Assembly: GCA_044376115.1 (NCBI GenBank)
Contig: JBILLK010000006.1
Coordinates: 96,001 to 160,000 of the forward strand
Length of the DNA: 64,000 bases
Origin: Polyangiaceae bacterium
GTDB lineage: Bacteria > Myxococcota_A > Polyangia > Polyangiales > Polyangiaceae
Direction of reading: 5' to 3'
Below are positions 16,291 through 25,602 of this stretch, in pieces. The position numbers and the translations under genes are program-made. Every line of letters begins with the position of its first letter. Position 1 is the first letter of the stretch. The notes beneath the pieces were generated by a model. The model ran no database searches and was not told where the DNA came from. It was given only the letters and a program-made list of their open reading frames with translations.

Positions 16291-18327
16291 ATGAGAAATT
16301 TTTCGTCCCTTCGACCGATCACTGTTGGGCTTGTCCTTTCGACGGTGGGTGCTCTGGCGAGCGCCTGTGGCTCTGCTGGTCCGGCGGACCCTGCAGTGGC
16401 CAACGCAGGCCATCCGGAGGCCAATGTCGGGAGCTGTGAAGCGGGCTCTGGCGCATTGAAGCCAGTGTCGGGCCCCTTGCAGTCGTCGACGGTCGCGCTG
16501 GGCGCCTTTTCTGAGGGGTCGTACGCGGGCAAGACGCTTGCCTTCATTGCCGATGAAGACGGTAAGAGCTTGGTGGTTGTGGACGTAGACGAGCGCAAGG
16601 AGCTGTTCACGACCAAGCTCGAGGGCACCCCTGGTCAGACTATGTTGCTCGAGGACGGTCGGTTGCTCGTAACCTTGCGCGACTCGAACAAGCTGGCGGT
16701 GTATCACCCCTCGGCCGACGGCACGCTGGTGAAGGGTTGCGCTGTCGATACCGCCCAAGAGCCGATCGCGCTCGCGCTCACGCCCGACAAGAAGACGCTG
16801 CTTATGACGGCGGGGTTTGGTCGCACGCTAGAAGCCTTTGATGCGGCAACCTTGTCGAAGAAGGCCGCTGTGAAGCTCGCTCGAGAGCCGCGCACGGTGG
16901 TCGTCGATGACGCCGGTAAGGTTGCGTATGTCTCGCACGCAGTTGGGGCAAAGGTCAGTATCGTGGACCTCGCGACGATGAAGCCTGAGCGGGCGCTGGA
17001 CGTGTTGGTCAACCCCAACCAGGTTTCGGCGGGTCTCGAGCGCCGACCGTTCAGCCTAGCTGCTGCGGTGGACGGCGCGGTTGGGACCGAGAACGGCGAG
17101 AAGCTAGTGCCCGGTCGGTTCGGCACTCGCATGGGCTGTCAGGGCTACCCGCTGGTGAAGTCGGTGGCACCGAAGGGCCGCATCCTAGCCCCCCAAATTC
17201 TCGTTGACCCAGGTGATCCCGAGAATCGCGCGCAAGGCTACGGGGACGCGAACGTTCCAACCGAGGTTGCGAGCGTTGGGGTCATCGACACAGGAACGCG
17301 AAAGTTCGTTAACGCCTCCTTCTCCAACGGGCCCGACCAAGTGTTCGGTCGTGGCGGCTCGGAGGTTGAGATGGGTGAGTGTCTCCTCCCGCGTGCGGCG
17401 GCGACGGACGATGCAACCTCGACGCTCCTGGTCACCTGTTTTGGTATCGATGCGTTGGTGGCTTACGACGCTGCGGCGGCCAACCCGGTCAGCATCGAGA
17501 AGGCTCGCTGGGACGTTGGCTCTGGTCCAACCGGTGTGGCGGTTGACGCCGACAACGGACGCGCCGTCGTCTGGTCGCAGTTTGAGCGCAGTCTCGAGGT
17601 GGTCGATCTCAACCAGATGGGATCGGGCGAGCCGCGCATGGGCAAGCCCGACCGTCTGGCGCTAAAGCCGATGAGTGAGCCCATGCCGCTCTCGGTCATG
17701 TTGGGCCGTCAGATCTTTCACTCCACCGGCGATGCCCGCGTCTCGCGCGATGGTCGTGCCTGTGCGAGCTGCCACCCCGATGGTCGTGACGACGCCATCA
17801 CCTGGGCAACGCCGGACGGTCCGCGCCGCACCATCATGCTTGCTGGGCGTCTCAACGGAACCGCGCCGTTCTCCTGGAATGGCGACACCAAGGACGTTCG
17901 CGAGCACCTCGTTCACACCTTCGAGCGTCTGAATGGCCAGGGGTTGCGCAACGTCGAGCTCGAGTCGCTCGTTGCATACCTCGAGGCGATGCCGGCTCCC
18001 CCGCGCGACAACTCGCTCGACGCAGCGTTGGTGAAGCAAGGCGAGGCCGTCTTCCACTCAGAGAAGGCAGCCTGTGGAACCTGTCACGCCGAAGGTGGTA
18101 ACGACGCCAAGAACCACGATCTCGGGCTCAAGGCTCGAGCCGATCGGAAGGGCGCGTTCAATACGCCATCGCTCAGCTTCATCGCTGGACGCGGACCCTT
18201 CTTCCATGACGGTCGCTACGCAACCTTGCGTGACGCGCTCGTTCAATCCGACGGACAGATGGGCCACACCAAGCACCTCGAAGAGGCCGAACTCAACGCG
18301 CTTGAAGTTTACCTCCAGTCACTGTGA
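16291..18327 (+). CDS. Lipoprotein with YVTN-like beta-propeller and di-heme cytochrome c (bCcP/MauG-like) domain
   Basis: AGGAG RBS, lipobox LASAC, propeller-type repeats (PIALALTPD, PTGVAVD), CASCH and CGTCH, TAPFSWNG, TPSL...PFFHDG. Confidence 0.85.
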   Translation: MRNFSSLRPITVGLVLSTVGALASACGSAGPADPAVANAGHPEANVGSCEAGSGALKPVSGPLQSSTVALGAFSEGSYAGKTLAFIADEDGKSLVVVDVDERKELFTTKLEGTPGQTMLLEDGRLLVTLRDSNKLAVYHPSADGTLVKGCAVDTAQEPIALALTPDKKTLLMTAGFGRTLEAFDAATLSKKAAVKLAREPRTVVVDDAGKVAYVSHAVGAKVSIVDLATMKPERALDVLVNPNQVSAGLERRPFSLAAAVDGAVGTENGEKLVPGRFGTRMGCQGYPLVKSVAPKGRILAPQILVDPGDPENRAQGYGDANVPTEVASVGVIDTGTRKFVNASFSNGPDQVFGRGGSEVEMGECLLPRAAATDDATSTLLVTCFGIDALVAYDAAAANPVSIEKARWDVGSGPTGVAVDADNGRAVVWSQFERSLEVVDLNQMGSGEPRMGKPDRLALKPMSEPMPLSVMLGRQIFHSTGDARVSRDGRACASCHPDGRDDAITWATPDGPRRTIMLAGRLNGTAPFSWNGDTKDVREHLVHTFERLNGQGLRNVELESLVAYLEAMPAPPRDNSLDAALVKQGEAVFHSEKAACGTCHAEGGNDAKNHDLGLKARADRKGAFNTPSLSFIAGRGPFFHDGRYATLRDALVQSDGQMGHTKHLEEAELNALEVYLQSL

Positions 18328-18335
18328 GGAGCCCC

Positions 18336-19352
18336 ATGAAGCGATTGTCCAGCCTCCTAACGTTTTCAGCGGTTGCTCTGCTTTCAGCGGTTTCCATTGC
18401 TGCTCCAACTGGGCCCAAGGCCAAGGCCAAGCGCACGAGCACGGCGGATGTTTACGAGCGGCTCGCCGAGGGCAAGCTTGAGGTTCCGACCCGCGTAACC
18501 GTTCCCAAGTCCATCCCGGCCTCGGAATCCGCGGAGGGTTTCTACGTTGAGGCTCCCGCCGCGTACGGGGGTAGCGACGTTACCTACGCGCAGATCTTTG
18601 GCAGCAAAGAGGCTGCGCAACGCCAGCAACGAGGTGAAGACGCAACCGTCCTCGGCTGCTTCCAAACCGCGTACCCCAACTCGGGCCAGGAGCAGAATTG
18701 GTCGGGCAACATGAGCCCGAGCACGATCGTTCAAAACTACAAGTCGCAGCGTTACGGCGGTGGCGGGCCGGACACCTCGGTGCAGATGGTTCGGTCCGAC
18801 CGGATCGTCACCGCGGCGGACGGCAAGCTGGATCTCGAGGTCAAGTTTGCCTTCGTTGACGCCGAGACGCACGGTGTGAGGCTTCACACCGAGAGCCGCC
18901 TGCAGCTTGCTTTGCTCGGAGAACTCCCGGGCAAAGTGCAGGTGTACGGGGCCAAATCCGGAGAGGACGTTTCCTTTGTCGTGCGCCGTGAGAAGCAGGA
19001 AAAGGAGCGTTTCTTCTTCGGGTCGGTGATGGCGGCGGTCAATAGCCAGCACGTCGGGAGTGCGTCGGACAGCTGTCCGGTGGTGTTCTCGATGAAGGCG
19101 AGCAAGGGTGGCGCAGACAGCGGCGTGGTTCAGCTCGACGCCGTCTTGGGGGTGACCGAGGTCGAGAATGATGGCGGATTCCTCGCGCAGATGCCGATGC
19201 GTCACATGCCGATGGAGAGCGAACTCCCGCGTGAGGCCAGGGTCCGTTCGATGCGAATTGGCTTTAGCAGTACCTGGTTGAGCGAGGACACCAAGCCGGT
19301 GGTCAGCTTTAGCTTCGGTTGGCTCGGTAAGGAACGCGTTCAGCCCATCTAG
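18336..19352 (+). CDS. Secreted hypothetical protein
   Basis: GAGGAG RBS, signal peptide, 8 bp after the cytochrome gene stop. Confidence 0.75.
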   Translation: MKRLSSLLTFSAVALLSAVSIAAPTGPKAKAKRTSTADVYERLAEGKLEVPTRVTVPKSIPASESAEGFYVEAPAAYGGSDVTYAQIFGSKEAAQRQQRGEDATVLGCFQTAYPNSGQEQNWSGNMSPSTIVQNYKSQRYGGGGPDTSVQMVRSDRIVTAADGKLDLEVKFAFVDAETHGVRLHTESRLQLALLGELPGKVQVYGAKSGEDVSFVVRREKQEKERFFFGSVMAAVNSQHVGSASDSCPVVFSMKASKGGADSGVVQLDAVLGVTEVENDGGFLAQMPMRHMPMESELPREARVRSMRIGFSSTWLSEDTKPVVSFSFGWLGKERVQPI

Positions 19353-19500
19353 GTTGAGGCGTCTGTACGTGTAACGCAGGGCCGAGCGACTGATGGTTGT
19401 TCGGCCTTGTGTCGTTTGTGCCTTGTGTTCTTCGTCTGAGGCGACTGGCTTCGGGAGCACAGTCCTTGAAGCGGTCACAGAAGTCTCCCATGCTGCTCTC

Positions 19501-20205
19501 GTGAGCGATCCTGTGACAAGCGATGAGCACGCTGATGACGCGGAGGCGGAGCCGCAGGTTGCGCCTGGGCCACGTCAGAAGCCTTGGTCAGCCGTAGCCG
19601 CGGGCGTGGGTATCTTTTTGATGAGTGGGGCCTTCCTATATTCGCTGGATTTAAAGCGACAGGGCCCGTCGGTGAGCAGCGCAAACAAGCCGCCGATCTT
19701 GGGCCTCAATGACCCAGCTACTCAGCGCGCGGATCAACGTGAGAGCGCCGCACGACCGCGAGCCATTCATTGCGCCGAGCCTCGTTGTTCAGCCTCGGAG
19801 CAGGCTTGGTGCGATCCGGACGGTGAGTTTCTCGGCTGCTGTGCGCTGGGCATGGTGAGCACGCCCACAAAGAGCTGCGTTTGCGCTGCCGGCGGCGTTT
19901 CAAAAGGCTCACAGGCCCAGTGTCCCGCAGCGACGGCGAACTATTCGGTAGCAACGGCCATCAAGCAGAAGAGCGAGAACTTCAAGCTGTGTCGCGATTC
20001 GGCCCTTAGGCGGGGGCCAGTCGAGGGCGCTGTGCTGCGCTTTACGGTTACGCCCGACGGCCTGCCGATCCGCACAGCTGTTTCGACGACCAGCATGAAA
20101 GACCCTTCCTTCGAGGACTGTATGGCGCGCTTCATCGAAGAAGTGCGCTTTCCGCCACCACCGGATGGCTGGTTCGAGGCGACCGTGCCCTGGGCTTTCG
20201 ACTGA
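19501..20205 (+). CDS. Single-pass membrane protein with Cys-rich segment and AgmX/PglI-type (TonB_C-like) C-terminal domain
   Basis: TM WSAVAAGVGIFLMSGAFLY; C-terminal C...LRFTVTPDG...C......VRFPPP...VPWAF. Start codon uncertain. Confidence 0.7.
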   Translation: MSDPVTSDEHADDAEAEPQVAPGPRQKPWSAVAAGVGIFLMSGAFLYSLDLKRQGPSVSSANKPPILGLNDPATQRADQRESAARPRAIHCAEPRCSASEQAWCDPDGEFLGCCALGMVSTPTKSCVCAAGGVSKGSQAQCPAATANYSVATAIKQKSENFKLCRDSALRRGPVEGAVLRFTVTPDGLPIRTAVSTTSMKDPSFEDCMARFIEEVRFPPPPDGWFEATVPWAFD

Positions 20206-20244
20206 CTTGACGCATGCTCGCCCTGGACCCTACGTTCCGCCGTT

Positions 20245-20394
20245 ATGAGTGCCATCGAAGGAAGTGGAAAAACGCCGGGCCGCCCGGTGGACCCGGGAGC
20301 AGCTTGGACGCTCGAGAAGCTGATTATGCTGCTCGTGCTCACGCTCGGGAGCTTCCTGATCTTCATTTACTTTGTTTCGCCGACGCTCAAGTGA
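20245..20394 (+). CDS. 49-aa small single-pass membrane protein
   Basis: Not in the ORF track: MSAIEGSGKTPGRPVDPGAAWTLEKLIMLLVLTLGSFLIFIYFVSPTLK fills the gap between two convergent genes. Confidence 0.6.
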   Translation: MSAIEGSGKTPGRPVDPGAAWTLEKLIMLLVLTLGSFLIFIYFVSPTLK

Positions 20395-20415
20395 GGCGTT
20401 CCGGCGAACGGTGGG

Positions 20416-21279
20416 CTAATTGCTAACCAGTTCGTCGGCTTGCTGCTTCAGTTCGGCCGTTTCGGGTTGCAGGCCTGCTCGAGACAAGCTGGCGAGCCAT
20501 TGAAGGTGGTTTTGTTCGAGTTCGGTACCGCGCACGATGCGGGCCTCGACCGCCAGCGCAAGCGGCTCCACGTCTCTCCACCCACTGGGGAGTCCTCGGC
20601 TTTCGAGCAGCCGGCTCGCGCGCTGTACCGCTCGCTCGTGGATCGTTAGGCGGAGCACCTGGGCGCTTGCTGCGCCGTCATCCGAATCCGGGGCGCCGAC
20701 TCCAACGATCACCCGGTCGCCGAGGACCCTGCCGCAGCAACCGAGGGCCAGCGAGAGCTCGACGGTGTTCAAATCGAGCCAGGGCGGCATGTCTCGCAGC
20801 GTCGCTGCTCGGTCCTCGACAGCTTGCGCCACGCGGTCGAGGCGCGGGCGAACGCGTTCGTTGAAGGCCGTTCGGTACGCAGGCGCCGCCAAGGCGATAT
20901 CGGCGCGAAGAATCTCGACGGCCGCGCTCTCGAGGGACCTCAAGAGCGCCAGCGCGCCGGCATGGTGCACCTCCGCGGCTGTGAGATCGAGCAGCGGTTT
21001 GGGAGCCTTTTGGAGCAGCTCGTCGATCGTCGGATGCAGCAACGCCAGGCACGAAACGGCTTGTGCCACCTCCTCTTGCGCTAGCAACCTGGTGAGCAAC
21101 GCTGCGTCCTCCTCGAACCAACTCACCGCATTCGAGCCAGCGCATTCGCTGATCCAACGGCAATACGGCGGATTGAAGAGGCTCGCCGCGCGAGCGGCTG
21201 GGGGAGCGTCGTCGGCGATCGGGACGAAGGCCAAGCCGTGAAACACAAGCTCGGCGGCGTCGCTGGTTGCCGCCGCCAT
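20416..21279 (-). CDS. Hypothetical protein (cytoplasmic, helical)
   Basis: 287-aa ORF whose ATG directly abuts the stop of the upstream gene. Confidence 0.7.
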   Translation of the reverse strand: MAAATSDAAELVFHGLAFVPIADDAPPAARAASLFNPPYCRWISECAGSNAVSWFEEDAALLTRLLAQEEVAQAVSCLALLHPTIDELLQKAPKPLLDLTAAEVHHAGALALLRSLESAAVEILRADIALAAPAYRTAFNERVRPRLDRVAQAVEDRAATLRDMPPWLDLNTVELSLALGCCGRVLGDRVIVGVGAPDSDDGAASAQVLRLTIHERAVQRASRLLESRGLPSGWRDVEPLALAVEARIVRGTELEQNHLQWLASLSRAGLQPETAELKQQADELVSN

Positions 21280-21744
21280 CTAGGGCTTGGACTTGTCGTC
21301 TGAGGGGATCGCCATCATTAGGCAGACGGTGGGGGGCGGCGATGCCATGCGCAAGCAGGCGCGCGGTGGCGTTCCCGTTTTTGTTGGCGGTGCGACTACC
21401 GTTTGGTCCGCGCTCGGTGAAGGCGGAGCGGAGGCCGAAGGAAGCGCAGAGGGCTGCGCAAACGGTGACGGCGCCGCAGAGCCAGAGGGCGCGGCCGACG
21501 TGGAAGACGCTGATGACGCGCTCGTCCCCGCTGACTCCTGTGCGGTTCGCGGCACGGGCGGGCTCAAGCAGACGTTGGGCGGGGCATCGGCGCAGGCGCT
21601 CGGTAGCGAGAGGCCGGCGACGGCAGAAGCGACGAACAACGCGCGACGCCGCAAGATCGCGTTGCGGCTCTCGGCCTCCTCATCCAAGCCACCAGCGTCG
21701 TCGTCCTGATCGCGCTGCTCCCCCGGCTCTGGCTTTCGGACCAT
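21280..21744 (-). CDS. Low-complexity exported protein with three PPx[VA]CL motifs
   Basis: Acidic N-terminus, AILRRRALFVASAVAGLSLPSAC, then PPNVCLS, PPRACLR and PPTVCLM around a Ser/Ala/Pro spacer. Confidence 0.75.
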   Translation of the reverse strand: MVRKPEPGEQRDQDDDAGGLDEEAESRNAILRRRALFVASAVAGLSLPSACADAPPNVCLSPPVPRTAQESAGTSASSASSTSAAPSGSAAPSPFAQPSALPSASAPPSPSADQTVVAPPTKTGTPPRACLRMASPPPTVCLMMAIPSDDKSKP

Positions 21745-21829
21745 GCGCCATCCAACGTGGACCGAGGCCCGCCGTCAAGGCTCGCCAAAAGGGCCAACGT
21801 GCGATGGCAAATTCGGATATCGTCCGGCG

Positions 21830-22567
21830 ATGCGCAGTAAAGCTTTTCGGGTTGGGGCCTCCGTCGGTCTGTTGCTCATTCCCAGCGTGGTGTTCGGTCA
21901 CACCGTGCTCGTGGATCCAGCGCCGATGTCGCCGAATGACGATGCGAAACAGGCTCCCTGCGGCTGTGTGATCGGGGATCCCGTCATTCCGTGCGACGAC
22001 CCGTACGAAGTCAGCGTGCTGCAGACCGGCACCGAGATCACCGTCACGTGGAACGAGACCATCGACCACGCGGGCGACTTTCGCGTTTCCTTCTCACCGA
22101 AGCCGCCGACCGAAGTGACCGAAGCCGACTTCGAGGATGCCGCGATTTCGGTGACGGTTCCTGACACGATTCAGGGCGGTATCGGCAGTGCTTCGATCAC
22201 CTTGCCCGACGCTCCATGTGAGTCGTGCACGATTCAAGTTCGGCAGTTCATGAAAGGCTCGGCCCAGCCGTACTACTACACCTGTGCCGCCATTCGTCTC
22301 GAACAAGGCCCCGTTGGAACCGGCGGCGGGAGTGGCAGCGGCAGCTCTGGCAGTGGCAGCTCCGGTAGCGGCAGTTCTTCGACGGGCGGCCCTACGTCGA
22401 GTTCGGTCTCGGGTGGGGATGACGGTGAACCCACGGTGGCGCCGCCAACTCCCAACGACGGTTGTTCGGTTGCGACGGATGCAAAACCGGGCGCAGGAAC
22501 TTTGCTGGCGGGGCTAGCGCTTGCCGTTGCGGCTCTTCGTAAGCGCCGACGCTCGCCTTTGGGCTGA
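21830..22567 (+). CDS. His-brace LPMO-like / copper-binding surface protein (SCE4755-like) with MYXO-CTERM-like tail
   Basis: Signal peptide VVFG then mature His1; KQAPCG, WNETIDHAG, CESCTIQVRQ, YYYTCA; Gly/Ser linker; GCS...LLAGLALAVAALRKRRR. Confidence 0.82.
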   Translation: MRSKAFRVGASVGLLLIPSVVFGHTVLVDPAPMSPNDDAKQAPCGCVIGDPVIPCDDPYEVSVLQTGTEITVTWNETIDHAGDFRVSFSPKPPTEVTEADFEDAAISVTVPDTIQGGIGSASITLPDAPCESCTIQVRQFMKGSAQPYYYTCAAIRLEQGPVGTGGGSGSGSSGSGSSGSGSSSTGGPTSSSVSGGDDGEPTVAPPTPNDGCSVATDAKPGAGTLLAGLALAVAALRKRRRSPLG

Positions 22568-22621
22568 GCGCGAAGGGCACGGCCGCTCGCCGGCCGTTGG
22601 GAACTCGAGTAGAGCAGAGCT

Positions 22622-23716
22622 GTGTACGATCTCGCTTTTCGGCTGTTCTCGTTGTTTCCGGCCGAGCCGATGCACGAACTCGTGTTTGGCGGGCTGAGCG
22701 CGCTGATGAAGCTGCGCCCGCTCGAGTCGGCGACCAATCGCTGGCTGGCCGCAAGTGACCCGACCGTCGCTGTCTCGGCTTTGGGTACCGTTTTCCCGAG
22801 CCCGCTTGGGCTCGCTGCCGGCTTCGACAAGAACGCCCGCGCGCCGCAGGCCTTGCTTGCGCTGGGCTTCGGCTTCATCGAGGTCGGTTCGGTGACGCCG
22901 CGCGCACAGCCCGGCAACCCGAAGCCGCGGCTATTTCGGCTGAAGCACGACCGAGCCTTGCTCAACCGTATGGGCTTCAACAACGATGGCGCTGTTGCGG
23001 TCGCGGCGCGGTTGGCCAAGCGACCGAGCCCGCTGGTTGCGGTCAACATCGGTAAAAACAAAAGCACGTCGGAAGCCGATGCCCCCAGCGACTACCGCGA
23101 GGCTGCTCGTTTGCTCGGCGCTCACGCGGCGTTCTTGGTCGTGAACGTGAGCTCGCCGAATACGGCGGGTCTGCGTGATCTGCAGGCGAGCGAAGCGTTG
23201 ACGGCAGTGCTCACGGCCGCGCGCGAGGGGCTCGAAGCGAGCGGTGCGAACAAGCGTGTGCCGCTGCTGGTCAAGATCGCTCCCGATCTGAGCGACGACG
23301 AGGTCGATGCGATCGCTGAGGTCGCTCTGCAGCTTGGCGTCGACGGTATCGTTGCAACCAACACCACCATCGCTCGCAGCGGTCTGCAAACCGACGCTGA
23401 AGCTGTCGCGCAGCTGGGCAACGGCGGTCTGAGCGGGCCCTTGCTCAAAGAGCGTTCACGGCAGATCCTGGCCCGTCTCTACCGCAAGGTCGGGCGCTCG
23501 ATGGTGCTGATATCGGTGGGCGGGATCGATTCGGCGGAGGAGGCTTGGGCGCGCATCGTCAACGGTGCCACCTTGCTCGAGCTCTATACGAGCTTCATCT
23601 ACGAGGGCCCGTTGGTTGCCTATCGGATTCACCACGGGCTCGCGGCTCGCGTACGTCAGGCGGGCTTCAGCTCGATTTCCGAAGCCGTTGGCTCGGCCGT
23701 ACGAGCCATGAACTAG
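22622..23716 (+). CDS. pyrD: Quinone-dependent dihydroorotate dehydrogenase (class 2)
   Basis: GLAAGFDK, QPGNPKPRLFRL, NRMGFNN, NVSSPNT, KIAPDL, GGLSG. Confidence 0.97.
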   Translation: MYDLAFRLFSLFPAEPMHELVFGGLSALMKLRPLESATNRWLAASDPTVAVSALGTVFPSPLGLAAGFDKNARAPQALLALGFGFIEVGSVTPRAQPGNPKPRLFRLKHDRALLNRMGFNNDGAVAVAARLAKRPSPLVAVNIGKNKSTSEADAPSDYREAARLLGAHAAFLVVNVSSPNTAGLRDLQASEALTAVLTAAREGLEASGANKRVPLLVKIAPDLSDDEVDAIAEVALQLGVDGIVATNTTIARSGLQTDAEAVAQLGNGGLSGPLLKERSRQILARLYRKVGRSMVLISVGGIDSAEEAWARIVNGATLLELYTSFIYEGPLVAYRIHHGLAARVRQAGFSSISEAVGSAVRAMN

Positions 23717-23718
23717 GG

Positions 23719-25587
23719 GTGTTCAGCCTGGTTCCTCTCGTGCTGCACCTCGCGGCACTGTCGTTGGCCCGCGCGGTGGTTCAAGCGCGAAGAACCGGCT
23801 GGGCCGAGCTCATCACCTTGTTCTGGTTGTTCGCTGCGTTCGCGATCGTGTTGCCGATGCAGCTCGCGAACGTCTGCGGCATGGTTTCACGAGGCTGGGT
23901 GGCGCTGTTCACGCTGGTCGCGAGCGCGCTGATGCTGTTCGGCTCGCGCTTGATGGTGCGGCGTCAGCGCGCTGAGCCGGTGCTGCTTTGGGCCGGGCTC
24001 GCTCGGCGCTTGCGTGGTCTCGGCTTTTCCGCCGTGATGCTGCTCTGCTTTGGGGGCTTGTGGGCCTATTCACTGCTGCAGGTCGCGGTGCTGGCCTCCG
24101 ATGCCTGGGATGGCGTTTGGTATCACGACACGATCAGCGGTTTCGTGCTGCAGTCGGGAGGCGGTAAACCCATGCCGCTGCCGCCGAACTTATTGCAGCA
24201 GGCCAACGGCTTTCCGCGTAGCGCTGAACTCACCTCGGCGTTTTGGTGGCTTTTTTGGGGACGGTCGGCGATCGAGTTGCCCAATACGTTGGCCGCTCTG
24301 CCGATGTTTTCGGCGGGCTATCTGCTTGCACGTCGCTTCGCCGGGCGTCGCGTGGCTGTGGGGTTGGCGGTGCTCGCAGCGTTGATCCCAGGCGCGATGC
24401 TGCAATGGCGAACGACCTACGTAGACGTGTTTGCCGCGGCTTGGGGGCTGACCGCCATGCACTTTGCCACTCCACCGCACCGCGATCGTTTTGGCGCGCT
24501 GCTGCTCGGGGCGGCGCTTGGACTGGCGATCGGCAGCAAGTCGATGGCTCTACTGCTTGGACCTGGCTGTGTGTTGGCTTGGTACTTTGGCCAGCCGCGA
24601 AGGTCGTGGTCGGAGCTTTGGATTGTCGCGCTTCCCGCGCTTTTTCTTGGGTTGACGCTGGTGCCCAACTACCGCGACTTTCACAATCCGTTCTGGCCGA
24701 TTCAAATCTCTGCGCCTCGGCTGGGCATCGATTGGCCGGGGGTCCGCAAGAGTTCGGAGGTCAGCGTCAACGCGAGCGCGCGAGAGACGCTGGCCTCGGT
24801 GTTCGTACCGCCGGCGCCCGGACGCGATTTCGCCGACATTCGTTGGGGTGGTTACGGCGTCGTGTTCGCGTGGGCGATGTTGCCGCTTTCGCTGGTTGCG
24901 GCTTCGCTCGTGGCGCTGCGCGTTTGGCGAACGAGTCGAGTGCGCGATGAACGTATCGTGAAGCTCGCGCGGGCGCGCGCCGTGCGCGTCCTCTTCGTGG
25001 TGGTGCAGCTTGCGTTGCCGGTGCTGCTATCGCCGGCGCTATGGTCGGCTCGCTACATGCTCGTACAAGCTTGCGCCCTTTTCGCGATCAGCGGCGGGCT
25101 AAGTCGACAGAGGCGTTGGGGGCGGCCGATGTTCACCGTGGTCCTCGTGCTCGGGTTCGGCGTAACGCTCGCGCGGATCGCGAGCTTCACGCCGAGCTTG
25201 GGAGGAGCCTCAGTCAAAGAGACGCTTACGGCGCTGCGGAACCCGCAGTCCTCCATCGCCTTGGTCGGGCCCGCCTCGTGGACCATGGATGCGGAGGTTG
25301 CTCGCGCACGCGATCGCGAACTCACGACCGGCACGCTGGTGGTGTTTAGCGATGGCGTAACGTTCCCGGCCTTGCTCTACAACGATCGCTGCGACAACCA
25401 GCTGCAGTACGCAGCTGCCAGCTCAGCCTGGGGCCCGCTCCTGCGAAAGCTGCGGCCTACCTGGATTGTTGCTTCTCCGGGCGAGTCGCTGGGCCTCTAC
25501 GCCGAGGCCCATCCATCGGAGTGGGAGCCTATCGGCGCCGCGTCGCGCGGGATGCGCACGGTCGCGTATCGGCGCCGCGTGCCTTGA
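23719..25587 (+). CDS. Polytopic membrane protein, GT-C-fold glycosyltransferase-like
   Basis: Many TM segments; WDGVWYH in the first large loop, YVD, GLAIGSK, NPFWP, ARY. Confidence 0.65.
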   Translation: MFSLVPLVLHLAALSLARAVVQARRTGWAELITLFWLFAAFAIVLPMQLANVCGMVSRGWVALFTLVASALMLFGSRLMVRRQRAEPVLLWAGLARRLRGLGFSAVMLLCFGGLWAYSLLQVAVLASDAWDGVWYHDTISGFVLQSGGGKPMPLPPNLLQQANGFPRSAELTSAFWWLFWGRSAIELPNTLAALPMFSAGYLLARRFAGRRVAVGLAVLAALIPGAMLQWRTTYVDVFAAAWGLTAMHFATPPHRDRFGALLLGAALGLAIGSKSMALLLGPGCVLAWYFGQPRRSWSELWIVALPALFLGLTLVPNYRDFHNPFWPIQISAPRLGIDWPGVRKSSEVSVNASARETLASVFVPPAPGRDFADIRWGGYGVVFAWAMLPLSLVAASLVALRVWRTSRVRDERIVKLARARAVRVLFVVVQLALPVLLSPALWSARYMLVQACALFAISGGLSRQRRWGRPMFTVVLVLGFGVTLARIASFTPSLGGASVKETLTALRNPQSSIALVGPASWTMDAEVARARDRELTTGTLVVFSDGVTFPALLYNDRCDNQLQYAAASSAWGPLLRKLRPTWIVASPGESLGLYAEAHPSEWEPIGAASRGMRTVAYRRRVP

Positions 25588-25602
25588 GCGCAGCCACGCC
25601 GA

